Translations under genes and position numbers: made by a program | Notes under the pieces: model-generated | What the model saw: only the letters and a program-made list of their open reading frames with translations | What the model was told of the DNA's origin: nothing | The model's database searches: none | Assembly (NCBI GenBank): GCA_032718475.1 | Contig: JAUCBJ010008107.1 | Location: 1-53,002, forward strand | Reading direction: 5' to 3' | Origin: Nemertoderma westbladi | Taxonomy: Eukaryota; Animalia; Xenacoelomorpha | Length of the DNA: 53,002 nt | Shown here: positions 43,191 to 53,002 of the stretch, one piece after another | Numbering within the stretch: the first letter of the stretch is position 1 | Layout of the letters: every line of letters begins with the position of its first letter

Positions 43191-44539
43191 GTTTGGTTGT
43201 ACAGTTGAATGCCTACTGCTATATTACAGTCCAAGCAAGTCTAGTAATTCAGTATTAACTGCTAGCCTAGTAATTAATTACCGATACTGCTACTCAGTGT
43301 AGCGTGATATATAATATATTAGTATACCGGTATGCTTATGGTATATATAAGTATTATTACAGACTAGGTTTTTCACAGAAACCGGTATATAATTTTAGCA
43401 CAAATATATATAAATATATAATAGGCCTATCGTGGATACCGGTATGCAGTTTACACTTATAGTAGATATAAGTATAATTACAGACTAGAATTAATTACAG
43501 AATACCGGTATGATTTCAACCTAAAATTTATAGAAATAAATATAATAAGCCTATTGTAAATACCGGTATGTCAATTATTTTAGAATAATTGAATTTCTGA
43601 ATTTTAAGGGTTACTTGGTTACATTAACTTACTTTATTACCGTTATTTGAGCAGTAGTCCAACTGATATTGAGACCTAATTGTTATATGGCAGGCCTACT
43701 ATTTATAAATCGTTTGAGTTGATTTATAATATATATATACCCGTTTAATGGGTTTTGTCAATGTTTGAAATAAATGTTATTATTTCTGGGGGAGTCACTA
43801 CACATAAGCTGTGCGCTCTCAGTGGAGTGCTACTTGTTAGACACTAAAACAAATAATTCTAATTTACCTAAGTTACTTAATACTACAAATTACGTACAAT
43901 TCGGGTTGAGATTACAATCTCTAAATAAACACAAAATTTAATTACAAATACACAAATACAAATTTTTAGGGTAATTTTACAAGAAGTCTACTAACCAGCC
44001 TAACAAAGGGTTAGAATATCTGGTTATTACAACGGACAGGTTACTACGGTATTTGAAAATAATAAGTAGTAGTAAATATACTGCGTTGTCCAGATAGGAA
44101 AATACCACCGCCTGACGACCTATAACCGTATCGCTATAGGTACTACGTTATGTATCACGGAGTGTCCCTACCTAGAAGTTAATTACCGCGGTCTACCAGA
44201 ACCAACGTGCCTATTAACCACTTTACAACACAAATACACTGCCTACACACTAATCACCTTCGGAAAGCACTGTACACTAAACCCTAAATTAGGTACAAGT
44301 ACTTGTACGACAAATAATTAGTAGTTAAAAATACTTGAACAGCTAAAAGAACCACGGCATCTGCTGGAGTGACCGGTGCACAAAATCACCAGTCTTTACC
44401 TACGCCGAGCAGCCCTGATGTAGTACCGGGGTTAGTTTAACTATAACGGTATGTATAACAAACACAATTACTGTAGGAATAAACTTGGGGATATGAATGT
44501 TGCGAATAATAGCATAAACTCTGAATAATAAATATTACG

Positions 44540-45105
44540 CTACGCGTACAAACTACTACTCAAACAAAATGCAGACCAAATACTGACAGACTACTATCAA
44601 GCCTAAACAAACTACGGTATATGCAGACTCCGAAATGGTTAAGTAGTATGCGTTCTAACCCAGTAGTACGACTTATTCTTTAGATGGGGGTTTACCTTAC
44701 AGCTATGGCTGCCCCTACTTCCTAACCGTTCTTTATCGGACATACACTCTACACACACCGAAATTTCTTCAAACCCAACAACAGCCAGACAACTATCCAG
44801 CCTACAAATTATCTAAATAAAATTATACGCTACCCGTACAGACTACACAAACAAAGTACAGACCAAACGCTGGCGGACTCCTATCAAGCCTAAATAAACC
44901 ACAGGACATGCAGACTCCGAAATGATTAAGTAGTATGCGTTCTAACCCAGTAGTACGACTTATTCTTTAGATGGGGGTTTACCTTACAGCTATGGCTGCC
45001 CCTACTTCCTAACCGTTCTTTATCGGACATACACTCTACATGCACTGCAATCCGTTCAGACCTAATCAACAGTTAGCCAACAGTCAAGCCTACAAATTAT
45101 CTGTA
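44540..45105. repeat. 287-bp-period tandem duplication in the 5' leader of element B
   Basis: A ~130-bp core ATGCAGACTCCGAAATG...CATACACTCTACA at 44621 and 44908 is almost identical, with diverged flanks. Confidence 0.85.
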
Positions 45106-45394
45106 CAATCTGAGCAGGCTTACACGCCTTCTACTCAATACTGGCCTACAAATAAATAAAACTGACAGAAATAAGCAAAATCTCAATAAAAAACCAGGGC
45201 GGGCCCTCCCTGATTAATTATTAAGGCCTACTGGTATATAATAATCAATATCGAATAATACTGCTATACCTGTTTGGAAGTACCGGTTAGGACAGTTGAG
45301 CCTACAGACGTACCGCAGTACCGGTTCAGGTTTACCGGTTGACCGGTACTTTCAACTTTATTGCTTACTGCAATAAAGAAGCTATATCCATTAT

Positions 45395-46611
45395 TGTTCG
45401 CGCTTTCAGACCTTTGGCAGTTTAACCCGCCAAATTAGGATGTCTTCTAGATAATAAATCGCTTTTAGCCTCTGACAAGTATTTGATTCACTACACTAGT
45501 TGAAACCAATCTGTGCGCGATCATTCACCCGCTGGATATACCCGGGAGATTGACTTCGACGGCTTAATCTTATTGCTATGTAAGCCTAATGTATTATTCG
45601 ACTGACAGTATTATATAATCTCTGACAATATTATTCACCTTCGGGGAATATTAACAGTTCCTTTTGGACGTGGCGCTCTATCTATATAAACAGAGCTATG
45701 ACTTAAACTACATGCAACGATATGGCTTAGTTACAATTCACATATATGGCGCATTCTTTAGGAAATGCTTCGTTATCAGTCTCACTCATACACAATGCTG
45801 CACAATACTGCACACTGATCTGCCGATCTTCACTGATTTTAGTCACATATAAAAGGAACACAGACCGACTCATGTAGGGTCTATCAGATAACATTAGATT
45901 CACTTCAAACCACTTTAACATAAGTCACAATCGTTATATGTAACCTGTCTCTCTTACCTTCGGTATATCAAGAATATTGGGTTTTCGGGGTTATTTCTCG
46001 TTATTCCAAATATAATATTTCATCAACCATATAATGAATAACCGACAGTAAATAGCAGTATAACGTTATAAAAGTATGCACGACAAGACCAGCCAAGCAT
46101 TGAGTAAGTTGTTAACCATTGAGTTACCCAGTGTGATAACGGATATATGTCCTTATAATTAAGCCTACTAGTGTTAGGCTAAAAGCAGAAAAGCACAAAT
46201 ATTCCAAAAGCCGTTCTTTCTTGGCTCAGGACTGAATGATAACACTGCCCATAAAGCATTGCGTGATTTCTAGGAAATTTCTGTACAAGAACAGTAAAAA
46301 CGCTCTGATTGGTTGACTGAACTGAGAGGCACCGTAGAACAAAGAAAATCGACATGTATACAGCTCAGCTGTTAACCGTCGTCATAGTAACTACTGTTTC
46401 AAGAGGATCTAGCTATTTTGCGTCATAGAATTGCCATAGAATCACCAACCATGTCCCCCAAAGTACACATAGGGAAGAAATAGCTCTTAGGTCCTCTAAA
46501 AAACACCGATACAGCAATAATACGGCCTCTTACGCCTACTAAACCAACTACAGAGTATTTTACGGGAAAAATAAGGAAAAATAACCGGGCAATTCCGCAA
46601 AAGCTTTTACA
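45395..46611 (-). repeat. 5' LTR of element B
   Basis: Direct repeat of 34274-35490. On the minus strand it is followed by ATAA-TGG at the PBS position. Confidence 0.97.
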
Positions 46612-47141
46612 GGTATATAAAACTAATAAAGGAAATACATAAAATATAAAATATTGGATTGAAAAGGTTCTGGAAAATTGGTAATATGTATGTTTGATTG
46701 ATTGTTTAAAGTGTACTTTAATATATTTAGAAGGTGATGTTTAAATTATTTCGAAAAGGGTACTGTATTATAGATTTTTTATGTTTTACGTCAGCATAAA
46801 GGGGACAGAGTTCCATATTGTTGGCCCTGAAAACTAATTATTGGTGTTTTTGGAAATCATTGGAAAACTAATGGATCTTTGAGATGAGCATATCCCTTGC
46901 CTTAGTGGTAGAATGGCCTACGTTGATAGCTAGACATAAAGGATAATTGTTTACTAAAGATATTTTAGTAAAATAGATCCAATAATTGAGGTTGGTGGTA
47001 TTACAGTATATTATTAGATACAATAGACTGCTACCAAATTATTACACCTTATGGCCTTGAGGTATAGATGAGAGCCAATAAGAGACAAACGAAGATGCCC
47101 GCCCTATCTGCTATAAATACATTGTAAACTTCAATAAAATA

Positions 47142-48416
47142 CAGTACCGCTTTCAAATAACGTCGTATTGGAACCTAATAGGATCCTATTAGGATCCAAG
47201 TCACTGATTCACTGCTATAGGAGTTAGGATTTAATTGGAAATGAAATTTAGCCCAAATTCCAGACTTGGAGGCACTTAGGATTTGACTTGGATTTCATTA
47301 GGAATTTACTTGGAAATCGGCGCTTACTTTGATGTCTGGAAGGTGGACTGACTCCGACTATGCTTGTGCTGGTCTACTTCTTCTCTATCCTGTCAATCAT
47401 TAAGATGTATAGAATGGACTAGACTCAGCATAAAGTTTGCGTAGTGTTCAGTTCATTGAGGTATTGTTATCGATGGAAGATTACACTCCTCCTACTGTAC
47501 CTTGCATTGCCAGCCTCTGACCTAAATAATATTTAAAATATAAACTCTAATAGATGAAATCCACACACATCCGCACATAGTTAACGTCCGTGGGCTGGTA
47601 GGCTATGTAATAATTTAAAATCGTATTGAACTTACAAATAAATGTAGGATCACACACTGTATTTATTACTATTGAACATATTTAGAGTAATAAAGAGTTT
47701 GTGTTTGTGTAATGTTTGTGTAATTATTAATAGAATAAATATTAGTTTATTTTAATTTATTAGTTTAATTAATAATTAGACAGGGGCTAAAACTGGGCGA
47801 CTAAATAAATGTATGTAATATTAAATGCTATATTTGCTACACCCACAAAGCACATTCAACTCTCCAAGCATATTGATATTAATATTAATTATAAATTATA
47901 TTTATTATACCATGGAAATGGTAAAATCGCCAGATCTAAAAAGTTCGCACAATAATTTAAATAAAATTATTAAAAGTTTGACGTCCGATTACAATCAGAT
48001 TACGCTTTAGCAGCCCAACTACTTGTTGAGGCTCACTCAACGTGTTGGCGGGCCTATTTTACACAATCGGCGTTACCTTTACCGTATGGTAGTTAATTTG
48101 TCCAGATGTTGAGTTACAGCCAGTAGTGTGTACTTTGCATATTTAACATTAGCCTATGGGGAGTATCGTTGTTGTAAGATAAGTCAGGGGAAGGGAAATA
48201 CAACTCCACCACTAGACAAAAAGCGGCTCTCTTTACTACATTCAGCTATCCCTCGAGGTTGATTGACAGACACTTCTAAGCTTTGATATTTAGCCGCTCT
48301 AGGTAGACTTACATTAGGCAAATTCCAAGTGATTTCCTAAAGGTTATTTATTTCCTATTAGGTTCCTATTAGGATCCTATTAGGATCCAATAGGACGTTA
48401 TTTGAAAGCGTTACTG
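47142..48416. mobile_element. TA-flanked non-autonomous TIR element (Tc1/mariner-like MITE)
   Basis: TA|CAGTACCGCTTTCAAATAACGTC.TATTGG and CCAATAGGACGTTATTTGAAAGCGTTACTG|TA, with subterminal CCTATTAGGAT repeats. Confidence 0.8.
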
Positions 48417-48450
48417 TACTGTACATAAATATTATAGAAGTAAAAGACCT

Positions 48451-49674
48451 TTATTGTATATTGTATTCCCTCATGAGAAATAGTTTATGAACGGGATTTC
48501 TGCTGCGTGGTGATTGGTTAATAACATAAGTTTCAGAAGTAAAGTTCTCACTAGTTCCAGTCATATTCGGGTGGATCTTTTTGAGTTTCTGTTGAAAACG
48601 CTCAAATTCATGGAGAGTTCTCGCTATTTGTTTGCGTTCTAAAATCAGTTTCATTGTTGAATGCTTCTTAATGTTGTTGGATAATCGGTTATCTTCCAGA
48701 ATCTTTGAAATCTTTCGATCACGATTTTGTTGGGATTTTATTGAGTGTGCTGCCCATTCCCAGGCATTACGATGGAATAGCCAATCACGACAATGTACAG
48801 ATGCATTACCTAAAGTAAATGGAGACAGTTAGTTATTTCGAAAACAACAATCCGCTGACAAACAACTTAAATCAGGATTAAATGTAATGGATAAAAATAA
48901 TATATATCTATCTGGGAAAGAAAGGGCTTCAACTACAGTACATAAAAGCTTACATAGAGTTCTTGCATAGTCTTTAATTATTTGCGCTTGTCCATTTACA
49001 GGTTTTATGTTTCGGGTGAAGATTTACCTAAATTTAATTCGTCATATCTAAATTTATATTTAAATAAATGAAATAAAGTCATATTTTTAGTTTATGCTGC
49101 CACAGACTAAAGATAAAATGTGCAACCAGATTTTGTATATATAACTTATGGGGTCGTCCATAAAGTTCGTCCGATGTCAGAGAGGTGGGGGTGGTCTTGA
49201 AAATCCGGACATCTTCGGACAGGAGGAAACGTCCTAGCTAAATTAGAACGCGTTTATATTTAGCATAATATGCTATAATAATAATTTTCACTATAACAAA
49301 TGGGTTACCAGATTCGCAATACCATACAGGTTGAGTCCGGCATGCAGTACATAACTTGTACATAGCTTGGACAGGGGGGAGGGGGGGGGGGGGTCCAAAA
49401 ATCATGAATTTACTCGGGCTTAACTTACCTAATGATAATAATATTTCAGCAGATTTGTATTGCCATGATTGAATAGCCAATAGCAGAGGAGTGGACCCCT
49501 GTTGGTTCCGAATGTCCACATTAAGGGAGAGTCTGCCCATAGCATTAGTTACCATGGCTACAACCTCTGGGAATCCGTTCCTGGCCGCTAGATGGAGCGG
49601 GCTATCTCCGTTAATATCAGTTACGGTAGTGTCTATGTTTTCCTTTAGGAGTAAATCAACTATTCCTGACCGAC
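48451..49674 (-). CDS. Ankyrin-repeat protein, 3' exons (49674-49429 and 48809-48451); 5' exons not identified
   Basis: Exon 1 has a TTTCCAG acceptor and GTAAGT donor; its 246 bp encode IVDLLL...DINGDSPLHLAARNG...VDIRNQQGSTPLLLAI...AEILL (ankyrin TPLH motifs). The next exon is in phase (GNASVHCRD...NAWEWA) and runs to TAA at 48451. Loosely reminiscent of ANKRD63-like proteins (unverified). Confidence 0.85.
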
Positions 49675-49799
49675 CTGGAAAATTAATATAGCCAAGCCAA
49701 ACTTAGTTTGACGTATAAAAGGTACACCTTATCAAACAATATACCCTAGCAAAGATTACAGCCTTTTCAGTGATTTGTCTTTTGCAACAGCCCATTGTT

Positions 49800-50310
49800 A
49801 CAATTATTACAGCAATCAGATCACTATTCGATAGATAGATGACATTTGTGTCTACCATTGACGGTGACAAAGATCCATTTCAAGTTTTATGGGGAGTCCT
49901 CCAGGGAGACACACTTTTTTGCAACATTCACATCCGTAATTATATTTGAATATGTTATATATATTTCCTTAGATCATCATAATGAAGATGTGGATGTAGA
50001 TATCAACTATAGATGCACACAAGAATCGTGTTAACATTTCAAACTCTCACCACCCAACGAAATCTACTTTCATTGCATTCGCAGTGAGGACCAGCCTGTG
50101 ATCAATCCCATGCTTTGGCAGCATCGTGGAAAATATATAAGCATGGTGGACAGCCAATGAATTTCTTGAGACGCCTTGATGACACTGGCCTTGAAAATGC
50201 GGATATACTCGCGAAAATCACGGGGAATATGGAGTTGTGGACAACAATTCATTTATAATATGGAGTTGTGGTTGGGAAATTTAGTCAATAAGCAGACATA
50301 GCATTCTTAA
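49800..50310 (+). mobile_element. Decayed, internally deleted RTE-like LINE fragment
   Basis: Nucleotide similarity to the other copies (GGGAGTCCTCCAGGGAGACACACTT; GAGGACCAGCCTGTG; GACACTGGCCTTGAAAATGCGGAT). Confidence 0.7.
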
Positions 50311-50387
50311 TACACGATGCCTATGTCGATATTATTGTGGAACCAAAAGTTGCAGACTACAACCATAACCGTAGTTACATAAAGAAG

Positions 50388-52643
50388 ACCAACCTACGCC
50401 CTACGACCCTTTACCAACCTAACCCCTACCCTACTACCAATCTAACCCCTACCCTACGTCCCTGTACCAACCTAACCCCTACCCTACTACCAACCTAACC
50501 CCTACCCTACGTCCCTGTACCAACCTAACCCCTAGCCTACTACCAACCTAACCCCTACCCTACGTCCCTGCTGTACCAACCTAACCCCTACCCTACTACC
50601 AACCTAACCCCTACCCTACGTCCCTGTACCAACCTAACCCCTACCCTACTACCAACCTAACCCCTACCCTACGTCCCTGCTGTACCAACCTAACCCCTAC
50701 CCTACTACCAACCTAACCCCTACCCTACGTCCCTGCTGTACCAACCTAACCCCTACCCTACTACCAACCTAACCCCTACCCTACGTCCCTGCTGTACCAA
50801 CCTAACCCCTACCCTACTACCAACCTAACCCCTACCCTACTACCAACCTAACCCCTACCCTACGTCCCTGTACCAACCTAACCCCTACCCTACGACCCTT
50901 TACCAACCTAACCCCTACCCTACTACCAACCTAACCCCTACCCTACGACCCTTTGCCAACCTAACCCCTACCCTACTACCAACCTAACCCCTACACTACT
51001 ACCAACCTAACCCCTACCCTTCTACCAACCTAACCACTACCCTACGTCCCTGTACCAACCTAACCCCTATCCTACTACCAACCTAACCCCTACCCTACGA
51101 CCCTTTACCAACCTAACCCCTAAACTACTACCAACCTAACCCCTACCCTACTACCAACCTAACCCCTACCCTACGACCCTTTACCAACCTAACCACTACA
51201 CTACTACCAACCGTACCCCTACCCTTCTACCAACCGAACCCCTATCCTACGTCCCTGTACCAACCTAACCCCTACCCTACTACCAACCTAACCCCTACCC
51301 TACGACCCTTTACCAACCTAACCCCTACACTACTACCAACCTAACCCCTACCCTACGTCCCTGCTGTACCAACCTAACCCCTACCCTACTACCAACCTAA
51401 CCCCTACCCTACGTCCCTGTACCAACCTAACCCCTACCCTACTACCAACCTAACCCCTACCCTACGTCCCTGTACCAACCTAACCCCTACCCTACTACCA
51501 ACCTAACCCCTACCCTACTACCAACCTAACCCCTACCCTACGACCCTTTACCAACCTAACCCCTACACTACTACCAACCTAACCCCTACCCTTCTACCAA
51601 CCTAACCCCTACCCTACGTCCCTGTACCAACCTAACCCCTACCCTACTACCAACCTAACCCCTACCCTACGTCCCTGCTGTACCAACCTAACCCCTACCC
51701 TACTACCAACCTAACCCCTACCCTACTACCAACCTAACCCCTACCCTACGTTCCTGTACCAACCTAACCCCTACCCTACGACCCTTTACCAACCTAACCC
51801 CTACCCTACTACCAACCTAACCCCTACCCTACGACCCTTTGCCAACCTAACCCCTACCCTACTACCAACCTAACCCCTACACTACTACCAACCTAACCCC
51901 TACCCTTCTACCAACCTAACCACTACCCTACGTCCCTGTTACAACCTAACCCCTACCCTACTACCAACCTAACCCCTACCCTACGACCCTTTACCAACCT
52001 AACCCCTAAACTACTACCAACCTAACCCCTACCCTACTACCAACCTAACCCCTACCCTACGACCCTTTACCAACCTAACCACTACACTACTACCAACCGT
52101 ACCCCTACCCTTCTACCAACCGAACCCCTATCCTACGTCCCTGTACCAACCTAACCCCTACCCTACTACCAACCTAACCCCTACCCTACGACCCTTTACC
52201 AACCTAACCCCTACACTACTACCAACCTAACCCCTACCCTACGTCCCTGCTGTACCAACCTAACCCCTACCCTACTACCAACCTAACCCCTACCCTACGT
52301 CCCTGTACCAACCTAACCCCTACCCTACTACCAACCTAACCCCTACCCTACGTCCCTGTACCAACCTAACCCCTACCCTACTACCAACCTAACCCCTACC
52401 CTACTACCAACCTAACCCCTACCCTACGACCCTTTACCAACCTAACCCCTACACTACTACCAACCTAACCCCTACCCTTCTACCAACCTAACCCCTACCC
52501 TACGTCCCTGTACCAACCTAACCCCTACCCTACTACCAACCTAACCCCTACCCTACGTCCCTGCTGTACCAACCTAACCCCTACCCTACTACCAACCTAA
52601 CCCCTACCCTACGTCCCTGCTGTACCAACCTAACCCCTACCCT
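50388..52643. repeat. C-rich, telomere-like minisatellite (23/30/33-bp units)
   Basis: CTACCCTAC[GTCCCTG / GACCCTT / GTCCCTGCTG / none]TACCAACCTAACCC units, with an 886-bp higher-order duplication. Confidence 0.97.
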
Positions 52644-53002
52644 TGTTATGGATATTGACCAAAACATGAAAATAAATAGATATATAAAATCTTATTATAT
52701 TTTCCGAGAATACCGAGCCTACTTCATTTCATAAATCAGTACCGGTATATCACACAACTGAAATACTAACAGAAATCAGATATTATATTGCTGTATCTGA
52801 CTAACGATACCGGTAATCACTGAATAACTAAAAGAACTACAGTATGAAAAAGGGTCCCCTATAAATGCAATATATTTTGCACACACTCCGGGGCGGCCAA
52901 AATTTTAATTTACGTACAATAAGAGAATAAAAATAATATAAATAAACACGAAAAATACTTGCATATAATTCAAATTATGCGGAAAAAAAAAAACACCAAA
53001 TC

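Larger units (their letters stand above)
34274..46611 (-). mobile_element. Complete, non-autonomous BEL/Pao LTR retrotransposon (element B, 12,338 bp)
   Basis: Two 1217-bp LTRs with TG...CA ends, a 5-bp TSD GGTAT (34269-34273 and 46612-46616), a PPT at ~35491-35502, and BEL/Pao Gag-protease. RT and integrase are absent. Confidence 0.95.

Noticed and set aside
47325-47520. Additional coding exon of the ankyrin gene
   Set aside because: The preceding exon already ends in TAA, the frames I read contain stops, and the segment lies inside a TIR element.
49582-49598. Strong CTCF-like motif TGGCCGCTAGATGGAGC
   Set aside because: It is the reverse complement of codons for the conserved ankyrin PLHLAA motif, so protein constraint explains it.
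50388-52643. True telomere
   Set aside because: Units are 23-33 bp composites rather than pure TTAGG(G), and unique sequence continues on both sides.

Overview
This is AT-rich, intron-containing eukaryotic genomic DNA, most likely from a bilaterian invertebrate. It is not prokaryotic, so most of the six-frame ORF track is not meaningful as given. Host genes: (1) an apparently complete 8-exon Pax2/5/8 gene on the minus strand (~6252-12352), with paired domain, octapeptide YSISGILG and a degenerate homeodomain remnant; (2) two exons of an ankyrin-repeat gene (minus, 48451-49674) whose 5' exons were not found. The rest is largely repetitive. Element B is a complete, very recent 12.3-kb BEL/Pao LTR retrotransposon (34274-46611, minus; 1217-bp LTRs; GGTAT target-site duplication). 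It keeps Gag-protease, lacks RT, most of RNase H and integrase, and carries an extra non-env 3' reading frame. Element A is the 3' end of a related but divergent element (1-2106, plus); its 3' frame contains a CCHC zinc knuckle and the same basic C-terminus, and it directly abuts an 81-bp satellite. The window also contains 17-bp and 23/30/33-bp satellites with higher-order structure, several RTE-like LINE fragments, a tRNA-derived CORE-type SINE, a decayed THAP/P-element transposon, Tc1/mariner-like and other inverted-repeat elements, and CTCF-like and RFX X-box-like motifs around and inside Pax. The best candidate for an undescribed system is the BEL/Pao accessory 3' gene and its non-autonomous carrier. 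All family assignments come from motif recognition by eye, not database searches.
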